DNA of 32,000 bases from Candidatus Saccharimonadota bacterium. Lineage in GTDB: Bacteria; Patescibacteriota; Patescibacteriia; 2-12-FULL-60-25. Of the stretch, positions 23,731-32,000 are shown one piece after another (positions within the stretch are counted from its first letter, which is position 1; each line of letters starts with the position of its first letter). Location of the stretch: contig OY970357.1 in NCBI GenBank assembly GCA_963718585.1, forward strand, positions 720,001 to 752,000, written 5' to 3'. The notes beneath the pieces were generated by a model. The model ran no database searches, was not told where the DNA came from, and saw only the letters and a program-made list of their open reading frames with translations. The translations under genes and the position numbers were made by a program.

Positions 23731-25029
23731 TCAGAGGTACTTGGCCGCAGCGATGAGACGCTTCTTTGCGAGGCGCCAATCGTCGACGCGCATCGCACCT
23801 TCGGCCTCGCGAACGAGACGCTCGACGTCAGCTTTGACCGGACGGTCCAAGAGCTGATCCGAGCAGGAGTCGAGACGGTGCAGGAACGACGTGAGCGCCG
23901 CTTCGACGGCTGCAAAGTCGTCCGGCGCCATGTCCCGCGTAATGCGGATGAAGCGCGAGCGCTTGTCCCGCGGTATCCCGCGACGGCGCTTGGTCTCCTC
24001 GCGACCGAGACGATTGAGGAGATAGGACAGCCGTCCGATGACCTCCACCTGAAGCGCATCCATGACGAACACCCACCGGATCCCGCGACGCACCTTGGCG
24101 AGCGTCGTGCGGAGCCCCTTCAGATCCCCGGCCTCGCAAGCCGCGATCGCCGCATCGAGGTCACGGACCGTGTGTGCGGCGTTCTTGCAGAACGGTCGCG
24201 CTTTGATCGCATCGAAGGCCATCCGGTACTCGCGCAAACGCTGAAGCATGCTGCGCAGGATGGAGCGCGAACGCCGGGCATCCGACGCCGCCGCGATCTC
24301 CCAGCGCTGGAACAGACCCTGCGACCGCGGCTTGGTCCCGACCCGAAGGTCCTCCCACAACTCACGGTAGAGATCCATATGCGACTGGATGTAGGCGTAG
24401 ACCTGGACGGTCCGCCGATCCATGCATGTGGAGATCTTCGGGATCTCGGCAAGCCGCTTGAGCAGATGCCCGATTCCCGCGCCCGAGACCATGGCGGCCG
24501 CCGGCGGATTATTCCGTCCGGTGGCATCCGTCATGACCATCCCGCGAACGAACTGCACGCGGGCGGTGCGCTTATCGTCGTTGCGCTTGGCAACGTAATC
24601 CGCGACGAGCTGCGTCTGCATCTTCTCGAATACGGCCTTCTCCTCCGCTTCGACCACGCCGGCGGCGAGCACATAGCGGACGAACGCCCGCGCGGTCTCG
24701 ACGTCTTCGCGGATCTCCGCAGTCTCGCCCACGCCGCTCGACTCATGTGCAGCGTACTGGTGGACGGCGTGCCGTCCGGACCGAAGCAGATCGTAGAGAT
24801 CATCGTAGCGCGCGTGCGTGGAGACCCCGTTGGTCTCCTTGGCATGCGCCCGATTGGACCGCCACAGCGTGCCGGCCGGAATGACGAACGAACGGGGCTT
24901 CCCGTTCGTGATCTTCACCGTGATCGTCCGTTCTTGAAGCAGATCGTTCGACGGGATGACCCGGACCGCAGTGCGCAGGCGCACCCCACGGTTCTTCACG
25001 GTCTGAAATCCTTGCGGAAGGTGTTGCAC
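23731..25029 (-). CDS. Hypothetical protein (432 aa), Arg-rich and largely helical, unknown function
   Basis: GTG start with GAGGAGGAG immediately upstream. Coding-like composition, whereas the 571-aa antisense ORF (23554-25269) is an Arg/Pro/Gly-rich shadow. It has its own terminator. No family recognised. Confidence 0.65.
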   Translation of the reverse strand: MQHLPQGFQTVKNRGVRLRTAVRVIPSNDLLQERTITVKITNGKPRSFVIPAGTLWRSNRAHAKETNGVSTHARYDDLYDLLRSGRHAVHQYAAHESSGVGETAEIREDVETARAFVRYVLAAGVVEAEEKAVFEKMQTQLVADYVAKRNDDKRTARVQFVRGMVMTDATGRNNPPAAAMVSGAGIGHLLKRLAEIPKISTCMDRRTVQVYAYIQSHMDLYRELWEDLRVGTKPRSQGLFQRWEIAAASDARRSRSILRSMLQRLREYRMAFDAIKARPFCKNAAHTVRDLDAAIAACEAGDLKGLRTTLAKVRRGIRWVFVMDALQVEVIGRLSYLLNRLGREETKRRRGIPRDKRSRFIRITRDMAPDDFAAVEAALTSFLHRLDSCSDQLLDRPVKADVERLVREAEGAMRVDDWRLAKKRLIAAAKYL

Positions 25030-25088
25030 GTCTCCTCCTCTGATGTAAAAGAGCTGTTCCCAAAAAACCGAGTGACGGCACGTTACCG

Positions 25089-25130
25089 AAAAATAGGAAA
25101 AAGGGCAAGCCCTCCCCCCTCCTTTTTCCT
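25089..25130 (-). terminator. Possible terminator after mltG
   Basis: Minus strand: AGGAAAAAGG, 16-nt G-rich loop, CCTTTTTCCT, then attttt. 10-bp AT-rich stem (25095-25104 / 25121-25130). Confidence 0.4.
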
Positions 25131-25141
25131 CCCCTTCTCCC

Positions 25142-26137
25142 TCAATTCCCGAACGCTTTCACCCGATTTGCCTGATGTTCAGCAAAGGTCTTCGCAAAAT
25201 AGGTCTTTCCGGCCGCATCGGTCAGGAAGTACCGATAATCGGTCTGCGTCGGATGGAGTGCTGCCATGAGCGCATCATCTCCAGGATTGGAAATGGGTCC
25301 GGGCGGAAGCCCTTTGACCTTGTAGGTGTTGTACGGCGAATCACTCGTCAGATCGTCCGCGGTGGGACGGGCCCGTCCGCCATGCGTGATGTAATTCACG
25401 GTCGCATCACTCTGGAGCGGCATCCCGTCTTTGATCCGGTTCAAGAAGATGCCGGCGACGATCTTCCGATCATCGCTGCTCGAAACCTCTTTTTCGATGA
25501 TCGACGCGAGGATCACGACGTCGTTCAGGGTCCGTCCTTGTTTCTGACTTTCTTCTTCCAGGCCCGGCGCGCGCTTGGCGAATTCATCCAACTGTTTCTT
25601 GATCAGGCTCTGCGGCAACTGATCCGCGTAGACGCGATAGGTGTCCGGGAAAAGATATCCTTCCAACGATGCGTCAGATGGCAGGTCCGCGAGGAAGGAA
25701 TACTCCGTCCGTAGTTCTTCCGGGATCGTCACGGGAAAATGTTCCACCCCATACGGGGATACCGCTTTCCCGATGTCTGCGAGCGACCAGCCTTCCGGGA
25801 TCGTGATCTTCACCTCGTTGCTCGGAGGTCCCAGAGCGAGAGCGTGCGCGACCGCGGCATAGGATTGGGACGGCTTCAGCGGATACGTACCGGCCTTCGG
25901 ATCCATTGCCGTCGCATCCAGACGCGCATAGAGACGATATCCCCACGCGCTGTCGATGATCCCGTTCGAAACGAGTGTATCGGCGACCTGACGGACGTTC
26001 CAGCCGTCCCCGATCGTCACCGTGACGTTCTGCGCTTCAGACGTCGGCGAACGGAACCACGCACGCGGCACGAACCAGGCCAGAAAAAACCCGGCGGCGA
26101 TGAACGCGACACCAAGGAGAAGCAGGATCTTTTTCAT
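25142..26137 (-). CDS. mltG: Endolytic murein transglycosylase MltG (YceG family)
   Basis: 331 aa with an N-terminal anchor and a LysM-like segment (VTIGDGWNVRQVADTLVSNGII). Core motifs: ITIPEGWSLADI, LEGYLFPDTY, ILASIIEKE, VFLNR-like GIFLNRIKDGMPLQSDATVNY, YNTYKVKGLPPGPISNPG. Confidence 0.92.
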   Translation of the reverse strand: MKKILLLLGVAFIAAGFFLAWFVPRAWFRSPTSEAQNVTVTIGDGWNVRQVADTLVSNGIIDSAWGYRLYARLDATAMDPKAGTYPLKPSQSYAAVAHALALGPPSNEVKITIPEGWSLADIGKAVSPYGVEHFPVTIPEELRTEYSFLADLPSDASLEGYLFPDTYRVYADQLPQSLIKKQLDEFAKRAPGLEEESQKQGRTLNDVVILASIIEKEVSSSDDRKIVAGIFLNRIKDGMPLQSDATVNYITHGGRARPTADDLTSDSPYNTYKVKGLPPGPISNPGDDALMAALHPTQTDYRYFLTDAAGKTYFAKTFAEHQANRVKAFGN

Positions 26138-26688
26138 GTGTGATGATGATGCGATGCGGAACGGGCGATGTCACGACGCGTGAGTTGGTGGTGTCCCCAT
26201 CGAACGAGCCAGAAGCTTAGCGCGCCGAGCACGAACCCGCCAAGGATGTCGGTCGGATAGTGGACTCCGACGGCCATGCGTCCAAAAGCGACGACGGTCG
26301 CGATCGCGAACGAGACCGCCCCAACGCGTCGATCTGCGTGCCAGAGCGCGAAAGCGATCGCAAAGGCGGTCGCCGTATGTCCGGAGGGGAAAGAAGTGTT
26401 GAAGGGCGGCGGGATCAATCGGATGACATCGTGCGACGCAAGGAAGGGTCGGAGACGTTCCACGAAATGCGCGATCCCGGCGGTCAGGGCCAATGCGACC
26501 AGCGTCGCCCACCCGGCCTCGACGGCCCCGTGTCGCGCCCGCTTGTGACGCGCGACGAGAAGTCCGACGATGAGCACCACGTTCGCGAAGATCAGCCAGC
26601 GCGCGAAAAAGACGGCCAAAGCGATCGTCCAATGCGAGGAGAGGACGACCTGCTGAATGGCGACGAGGATCTGCGTTTCAAATGTCAT
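26134..26688 (-). CDS. PAP2-family phosphatase (undecaprenyl-diphosphate/lipid phosphatase-like)
   Basis: 184-aa membrane protein with KxxxxxxRP-like ERLRPF, SFPSGHTATAF and GRMAVGVHYPTDILGG motifs. 4-nt overlaps with both neighbours. Confidence 0.88.
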   Translation of the reverse strand: MTFETQILVAIQQVVLSSHWTIALAVFFARWLIFANVVLIVGLLVARHKRARHGAVEAGWATLVALALTAGIAHFVERLRPFLASHDVIRLIPPPFNTSFPSGHTATAFAIAFALWHADRRVGAVSFAIATVVAFGRMAVGVHYPTDILGGFVLGALSFWLVRWGHHQLTRRDIARSASHHHHT

Positions 26689-27389
26689 GAAGATATGCGG
26701 GTTGAAGAAGAGGATACCATTTCCTCCTTCCGGCGACCTCCTTCCTTCGGTCGTTCTGTCTTATTGGGGTAGGCGCACCACTTGGCCACCGGACACATCC
26801 AACACTTCGGCTTCTTCCCACCCGTACAGATATCGCGACCGAATTGGACCATCGTATGGTTGATGTCGATCCACAGGCGCTCGGGCACGAGTCTTCGCAG
26901 ATCCTGTTCGACCTTCTCCGGCGTCTTACCCGTCGTCCATCCCAACCGATGCGTGATCCGGAACACATGGGTATCCACTGCGATCGCCGGAATGTGGTAC
27001 GCATACGCCAACACACAGCTCGCGGTCTTGCGTCCGACACCGGGAAGGGTCACCAGTTCATCGATCGTCTTCGGGACCTCCCCATGAAAATCCGTGAGGA
27101 TCATCTGTGCGAGCCCTTTGATCGCCTTGGCCTTTGATCGATAGAGTCCGATCGTATTGATGCTCTTCCCGATCTCGCTCACCGGTGCTTGCGCTAACTT
27201 CTTCCAGGTCGGAAACCGCTTACGGAACGACGGGAAGGCGGCGAGCACCTGCGTATCCGTGGTCCGCGCGCTCATGAGCGTTCCCAACAACGTGTCTGCG
27301 GGGATGCCCATATCCATGTCCGCCTTCTTCGTATACCGCTTCGTGAGCGCCCTGATGACCTGCACGGCCGTCTGTGACGTCGTTGGCAT
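26685..27389 (-). CDS. nth: Endonuclease III (HhH-GPD DNA glycosylase/AP lyase)
   Basis: 234 aa. LVTLPGVGRKTASCVL (HhH-GPD), catalytic-Lys context, AVDTHVFRITHRLG, and Fe-S cluster CTGGKKPKCWMCPVAKWC. Confidence 0.92.
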   Translation of the reverse strand: MPTTSQTAVQVIRALTKRYTKKADMDMGIPADTLLGTLMSARTTDTQVLAAFPSFRKRFPTWKKLAQAPVSEIGKSINTIGLYRSKAKAIKGLAQMILTDFHGEVPKTIDELVTLPGVGRKTASCVLAYAYHIPAIAVDTHVFRITHRLGWTTGKTPEKVEQDLRRLVPERLWIDINHTMVQFGRDICTGGKKPKCWMCPVAKWCAYPNKTERPKEGGRRKEEMVSSSSTRISS

Positions 27390-27391
27390 AC

Positions 27392-28969
27392 CTAAAGCAA
27401 CGGTTTGCCCGTCATCTCCGGCGGCTGAGGGATCTCCATGAATTTCAAGATCGTTGGCGCGACGTCCGCAAGCATGCCGACCGGCGTCGTCATGGACAGA
27501 TCTCCGCCGACCACATCCCCCACCGGGGCGCGCATCCCTTCGAATTGTTTCCCGATGATCACGAGCGGAACGGGATTCGTGGAATGCTCCTTATCGATCT
27601 CTCCGGTCACGAGATTCTTCACCTCTTCCGCATTGCCATGATCTGCGGTGATGAGACAGATTCCCCCGACGGCAAGCGCCGCATCCACGATCTGCCCCAG
27701 GGCCGTGTCCAAGGCTTCGCAAGCTTTGATCGTCGCCTGTTCATTACCCGTATGTCCGACCATGTCCGCATTCGCGAAATTGAGGATGATGAGGTCGTAC
27801 GTCCCTTTAGATATCTCCTGCACGACGCGTTCCGCGATCAACTCGGCCGACATCTCCGGCGCCTTGTCATAGGTCGACACTCGCGGTGACGGAATGATGA
27901 CGCGATCCTCCCCCGGGAACGCCTCCTCGACCATCCCATTCATGAAGAACGTGACGTGCGCATACTTTTCCGTCTCCGCGATGTGCAGCTGCTTGAGCCC
28001 GGCATCGGACACGACCTTCGCGAGACAATTCTCGATGGTCAGCGGCGGAAACGCGACCGCCACGGGCAGGTCCTTCTCATATTCCGTCATGGTGACGAAA
28101 TGCAGGTCCTTGATGAATTCGCGCGGAAACTTCTCGAACGTCGGCAAGACGAACGCTTTGGTGAGCTCGCGTGCGCGATCCGGACGGAAGTTGAAGAAGA
28201 TGATCGAATCCCCCTCATTCACCGTCGCGATCGGTTTACCATTTTTGGTGATCACGGTCGGGACGATCTCTTCATCGTAGACCTTCTGAGAATACCAATG
28301 TTGGACCGCTTCGGGCGCGGAATCCGTCGTGTATTCGGAAACCCCTTTGACGATCGCTTCGTATGCCTTTTGGATCCGATCCCAGCGGTTGTCTCGATCC
28401 ATCGCGTAGTATCGACCGGCGATCGACGCGATCCGCCCGACCTTCAATTCCGACATCTTCGCCTCCAGTTCGTTGATGAATTCTGCGCCGCTGTTGTAGA
28501 TCGTATCGCGACCGTCCATGAACGCATGGACCACGACCTTGTCGAATTTTTGTCGGACGCAAAGCTCAAGGAGCGCGATACAGTGCTCATCGCTCGCATG
28601 TACGTTTCCCGAGCTGTCCAATCCCATGAGATGGAGCGTGCCGTTGGTCTTTCGGCAGTGAGCGATCGCGTCCAAGAATGCCTTGTTCGTATAAAAATCT
28701 CCGTTCTCGATCGCAAAATTGATGCGCGGCAAGCTTTGATAGAAGATCCGTCCCGCCCCGATGGTGAGGTGACCGACCTCCGAGTTCCCCATCTCGCCCC
28801 ATGACAATCCGACCGCTGAGGCGGAGGCGAGCACGGTCATCGCCGGATAGCTCTCCACGTATTTGCGGAAATGCGGCATGTTCGCCTCGACGATGGCATT
28901 CCCCTCGGCCGGCGGAGCGACACCGAAGCCGTCGAGGACCATGAGGATGATGGGTTTGGGTCGTGCCAT
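27392..28969 (-). CDS. gpmI: 2,3-bisphosphoglycerate-independent phosphoglycerate mutase (iPGM)
   Basis: 525 aa. Motifs: LMVLDGFG, GNSEVGHLTIGAGR (catalytic Ser), HLMGL, MDGRDT, GRYYAMDRDNRW, FNFRPDRARELT, ETEKYAHVTFF, NFANADMVGHTG, TADHGNAEE. Confidence 0.95.
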   Translation of the reverse strand: MARPKPIILMVLDGFGVAPPAEGNAIVEANMPHFRKYVESYPAMTVLASASAVGLSWGEMGNSEVGHLTIGAGRIFYQSLPRINFAIENGDFYTNKAFLDAIAHCRKTNGTLHLMGLDSSGNVHASDEHCIALLELCVRQKFDKVVVHAFMDGRDTIYNSGAEFINELEAKMSELKVGRIASIAGRYYAMDRDNRWDRIQKAYEAIVKGVSEYTTDSAPEAVQHWYSQKVYDEEIVPTVITKNGKPIATVNEGDSIIFFNFRPDRARELTKAFVLPTFEKFPREFIKDLHFVTMTEYEKDLPVAVAFPPLTIENCLAKVVSDAGLKQLHIAETEKYAHVTFFMNGMVEEAFPGEDRVIIPSPRVSTYDKAPEMSAELIAERVVQEISKGTYDLIILNFANADMVGHTGNEQATIKACEALDTALGQIVDAALAVGGICLITADHGNAEEVKNLVTGEIDKEHSTNPVPLVIIGKQFEGMRAPVGDVVGGDLSMTTPVGMLADVAPTILKFMEIPQPPEMTGKPLL

Positions 28970-28970
28970 A

Positions 28971-30542
28971 TCAGCGGAGGAGGATGTGACCTTTCATCTC
29001 TTTCGGAGCTGCGATCCCCATGGTGGAAAGGACCGTCGGCGCGACATCCGCGAGCGTCCCACGACGCAACTTTTTCCGACGCAGACCGGGACCGGCGGCG
29101 AGAAACGGGACGGGGTTCGGATTATGTTCGGTGTCGGGTCCGCCGTGCGGATCGAGCATCTCTTCGGCGTTCCCGTGGTCCGCGGTGACGAAGAGCGTCC
29201 CATGCATCTTCTCGATCTTCTTCCAGAGGATCGCAAGCGCATCGTCGAGCGCTTCGCATGCCTTCACCGTGGCCTCGAAATTCCCGGAATGCGCTACCAT
29301 ATCCGCATTCGCAAAATTCACGAGCGTAAAGTCGTATTTCTTTTTTTCGATCGCTGCGGCGACGCGCCGAGCGAGGGGCATCGCGCTCATCCGAGGCGCC
29401 AGATCGTACCGGGTCACGCGCCGGCTGGGTACCCGGATCCGGTCTTCACCGAAGCGTGGACGATCCGACCCGCCGTTCAAGAAGTACGTCACCATCGCAT
29501 ATTTTTCCGATTCCGCCGCATAGAGCTGCTTCCGCGTTCGAAGGACCTCGACGATCGTGTTCGCGGTCTCACGATGTGGGTAGGCCGCCACGACGCTATC
29601 GAGATCTTTTCCGAATTCGGTCAGGGTGACGAAAAAAAGATCCTTTCGGAATGCATGTCGGCGCTTTGCATACGTCTCACATTCACGAAATGCCGGTTCA
29701 TTGACGAAGGGCTTGGTCAATTGGCGGGCCCGGTCACTCCGCAGGTTCCAAAAGATAACGGCATCGTGATCCGAGATGGGCGCCACGCACGTATTGTTCT
29801 TACAGACGACGGTCGGCGTGATGAACTCATCACTCTCACCGCGCGTATACGCCTCGGTGACCGCCTGCACCGGCGACTCCGCCATCACCCCTTCGCCACT
29901 CGCTAACGCATTGTACGCAAGAGACGTCCGTTCCCAGAACTTGTTCCGATCCATGGCATAGAAGCGGCCCATGACCGTGGCGATCACGAAGTTCGGCGGA
30001 AGGGACTTTTCCAACTCCGCAACGAGATGCGCCGCATGGAACGGCGGCGTGTCCCGCCCATCCGTGAACAAGTGGAGCGCGACACGCGGGAGATGCAGCT
30101 CCTTCGCAAAACGGATCAGCGCCTGCACGTGTTTGGGCGAGGCGTGTCCGCTCCGGTCGTCGGTCAACAATCCCATGAGATGGAGCGTGCTGTGTTTTCG
30201 CACACAATGTGCCGCCGCCTGGAGGAGCGCGGGATTGTTCTCAAATGTATGATCCAGGATCGCCTGATCGATCACGATCTGATCCGAATCCACGGCCCGG
30301 CCCGCACCGATCGTCGTGTGCCCAGCCTCAGAATTTCCCGGCTGCCCTTTGGGCAGACCGACCGCGAGACCGTCTGCCATGAGCAGGGTGTGTGGGTACG
30401 TCTTCTTCAGCTTATCCCAAAGCGGCATTTTCGCGGACCGCGGAGCATTTCCCTCCTGATTTTTTGAGACGCCAAATCCATCCCAGACGACCACGACAAC
30501 GGGTCCTTTCAGGCGTCGATTGACCGTTTTTTTACGGACCAT
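28971..30542 (-). CDS. Second, divergent iPGM paralogue
   Basis: 523 aa, roughly 35-40% identical to the neighbour by eye. The same motifs are retained: VVWDGFG, GNSEAGHTTIGAGR, HLMGL, TDGRDT, GRFYAMDRNKFW, WNLRSDRARQLT, ESEKYAMVTYF, NFANADMVAHSG, TADHGNAEE. Confidence 0.9.
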   Translation of the reverse strand: MVRKKTVNRRLKGPVVVVVWDGFGVSKNQEGNAPRSAKMPLWDKLKKTYPHTLLMADGLAVGLPKGQPGNSEAGHTTIGAGRAVDSDQIVIDQAILDHTFENNPALLQAAAHCVRKHSTLHLMGLLTDDRSGHASPKHVQALIRFAKELHLPRVALHLFTDGRDTPPFHAAHLVAELEKSLPPNFVIATVMGRFYAMDRNKFWERTSLAYNALASGEGVMAESPVQAVTEAYTRGESDEFITPTVVCKNNTCVAPISDHDAVIFWNLRSDRARQLTKPFVNEPAFRECETYAKRRHAFRKDLFFVTLTEFGKDLDSVVAAYPHRETANTIVEVLRTRKQLYAAESEKYAMVTYFLNGGSDRPRFGEDRIRVPSRRVTRYDLAPRMSAMPLARRVAAAIEKKKYDFTLVNFANADMVAHSGNFEATVKACEALDDALAILWKKIEKMHGTLFVTADHGNAEEMLDPHGGPDTEHNPNPVPFLAAGPGLRRKKLRRGTLADVAPTVLSTMGIAAPKEMKGHILLR

Positions 30543-30605
30543 AGGTCATCACAGGATAACCGTCCGACGGGCAGGGCACAAGAACCGCATGATTAAGCCA
30601 AACTC

Positions 30606-30634
30606 TTGACATTTTAGCCATTTTTTGGTATGGT
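30606..30634 (+). promoter_or_regulatory. Near-consensus sigma70 promoter
   Basis: TTGACA (30606-30611), 17-nt AT-rich spacer ending in TGg, TATGGT (30629-30634). The leader contains hairpin CTATCGGaataagCCGATAG (30645-30664) and AGGAGA (30678-30683) 6 nt before GTG 30690. Confidence 0.6.
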
Positions 30635-30689
30635 GTGTCGTTCTCTATCGGAATAAGCCGATAGGGAGGTTCTTTACAGGAGACATACC

Positions 30690-30986
30690 GTGACCCAACG
30701 CACGCCAAGTCAAGCGTTCATCCAGAACATCAAAAAGGTGATCGGCGTGCGCGAGGAAAACGGACATCTATTCCTCGACTGCCACTTTCGCGACAACGTT
30801 CTGCATGCCATCGACGAGATCCGTCTTGGCATGATCAGCGGCGACATCTCGAAAGACGATCACCCAGAAGCCAGAAAGCTGATGGAATTTCTCGACGCGA
30901 ACCTCATGCTCTGCACTCCGAAGAAGAACCGGCAAGCAGACCCAACACTCAACCCCCGTCCGTCAGAGACGGAGAAAAGGATGTGA
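30690..30986 (+). CDS. Small hypothetical protein (98 aa)
   Basis: GTG start with SD. MTQRTPSQAFIQNIKKVIGVREENGHLFLDCHFRDNVLHAIDEIRLGMISGDISKDDHPEARKLMEFLDANLMLC. No recognised family. Confidence 0.55.
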   Translation: MTQRTPSQAFIQNIKKVIGVREENGHLFLDCHFRDNVLHAIDEIRLGMISGDISKDDHPEARKLMEFLDANLMLCTPKKNRQADPTLNPRPSETEKRM

Positions 30987-32000
30987 CCGTGACCGAGAAC
31001 GACGAGAACGACGAGGTCGTCGATGAAGAGATCATCAACGAAGAAGACGACCAGACCTCTGAATCGGAGGATGCGCGGGAGGGGGAGCCAGAAAACGCTC
31101 CCACGCCGCAAGCGGCGGAACCTGCTCTTCCGGCAAAGCTTCCCTCTCTGGGTCCGCGAACGCGGTCACGTGAGATGGGCAGTTTCCGGAACCCGACCCC
31201 TGCCTCACCAGCTCCCCTGGTGACGCCGCCGGTCTCTTCTCCGGCGACATCCGCCCACCTCTCTGACCCGACGTCGCTCGCGACGGCGAACGAGAAGGCG
31301 GCCAGCTTCGTCATCGATCAAGACGCGAAACGCCGAAAGGACGAGGCGGAGCGGGTCCGTCGAAGCGCGACTGATGCGGAGACGGAAGAAAAGGCGATCG
31401 CAGATGCGAAGGCGGCCCAGCGACGTCGCGAACAAGAGGCTGAGGACCGAGCAGCCGCAGAAAAGACCGCTCGGGAGAAGGCGCTCAAGGAAGCGGCTGA
31501 GGCGGCGAAGCAGAAGGCCAAAGCAGAAGCCAAGGCCGAAGCAGAAGCCGTATCGCCACCTTCACAGCCTGGCGATGCATCACTCGAAGAGACGGTCATT
31601 GCGCCGTCAGAGCCGCCACCATCCGTCCGCCCCCAGCGAACGGATCGATCCGCCGTGGCTGCCCGCGGTCCGAACAAGCCGCCCCCGCTCCCGACGCATC
31701 CGCCGTCCGTGATCATCAATCAAGAGGATGACGCGCCGGATCAGGAAGAGGTCCCGACCAAGCCCCGACCGGAAGCAGGAGAGGCGCCTCGGATCCAGAA
31801 GACGCGGACACCCACGCCGCGCGAAGAAGAGCGGATGAGGAAATTCGCTCCGGTCCACGAGGAGGTCTCTCGACCTTCCCAGGCCGAGCATCTTCCCCCA
31901 GCGGCACCACGGCCCCTCAAACCGACGGAACCCATGCCGGCCGTTCCCCTTCCTGCAAAGGGACGGGACGATCGGCGGGTGATCATCGGCATTCTCTCCG
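30983..32000 (+). CDS. Low-complexity protein (acidic N-terminus, Pro-rich segments, Ala/Lys/Glu coiled coil), partial; continues past the right edge
   Basis: Absent from the ORF track (no stop in the window). The frame is open from GTG 30983 (or GTG 30989) to base 32000, and its start overlaps the upstream stop (atGTGa). VTVTENDENDEVVDEEIINEEDDQTSESEDAREGEPENAP..DQDAKRRKDEAERVRRSATDAETEEKAIADAKAAQRRREQEAEDRAAAEKTAREKALKEAAEAAKQKAKAEAKAEAEA..PPLPTHPPSVII. Codon use looks host-like (GAC/GAG/ATC/GTC/CCG). Confidence 0.55.
   Translation, partial: MTVTENDENDEVVDEEIINEEDDQTSESEDAREGEPENAPTPQAAEPALPAKLPSLGPRTRSREMGSFRNPTPASPAPLVTPPVSSPATSAHLSDPTSLATANEKAASFVIDQDAKRRKDEAERVRRSATDAETEEKAIADAKAAQRRREQEAEDRAAAEKTAREKALKEAAEAAKQKAKAEAKAEAEAVSPPSQPGDASLEETVIAPSEPPPSVRPQRTDRSAVAARGPNKPPPLPTHPPSVIINQEDDAPDQEEVPTKPRPEAGEAPRIQKTRTPTPREEERMRKFAPVHEEVSRPSQAEHLPPAAPRPLKPTEPMPAVPLPAKGRDDRRVIIGILS

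Noticed and set aside
23554-25269. 571-aa plus-strand ORF, the longest ORF in this part of the track
   Set aside because: It is antisense to the 432-aa gene and runs across a terminator and the mltG 3' end. Its product is Arg/Pro/Gly/His-rich with no hydrophobic core pattern, and it has no SD. This is a typical high-GC shadow ORF.

Overview
About 32 kb of gene-dense (roughly 90% coding), moderately GC-rich bacterial chromosome (about 55-64% GC in the stretches I hand-counted). I support 32 CDS, 26 of them on the minus strand and mostly in tightly packed or overlapping operons. Recognisable genes are rplJ-rplL, bcp, xseA-xseB, a UvrD/PcrA helicase, a cyclophilin, mltG, a PAP2 phosphatase, nth, two tandem iPGM genes, a mini-TsaB, and an envelope-glycan locus (DUF4012-like protein, GT2, processive membrane GT2). 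Many of the remaining genes encode secreted or membrane proteins of unknown function. This gene mix suggests a small-genome, Patescibacteria/CPR-like organism, but that is inference only. TGA is used as a stop codon, so there is no sign of code 25. I found no rRNA, tRNA, CRISPR array, transposase or integrase. The most unusual signal is non-coding. Short hairpin modules with conserved ends (GTCAT...ATCTTC) form convergent, MITE-like pairs. Two such pairs make a ~248-bp composite, and the composite occurs twice in inverted orientation (~93% identical), exactly bracketing one glycosyltransferase gene. A smaller pair sits between xseA and xseB. Other points worth a second look:
- a MetK homologue that has lost most catalytic motifs
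- an L10 protein with a 100-aa Ala/Pro/Glu/Lys tail and a long leader containing an attenuator-like hairpin
- three orphan genes, each with its own transcription signals, flanking uvrD
- tandem divergent iPGM paralogues
- a Memo-like/CapA fusion
All coordinates, alignments and identities were derived by eye. Every family assignment rests on remembered motifs, not on searches.
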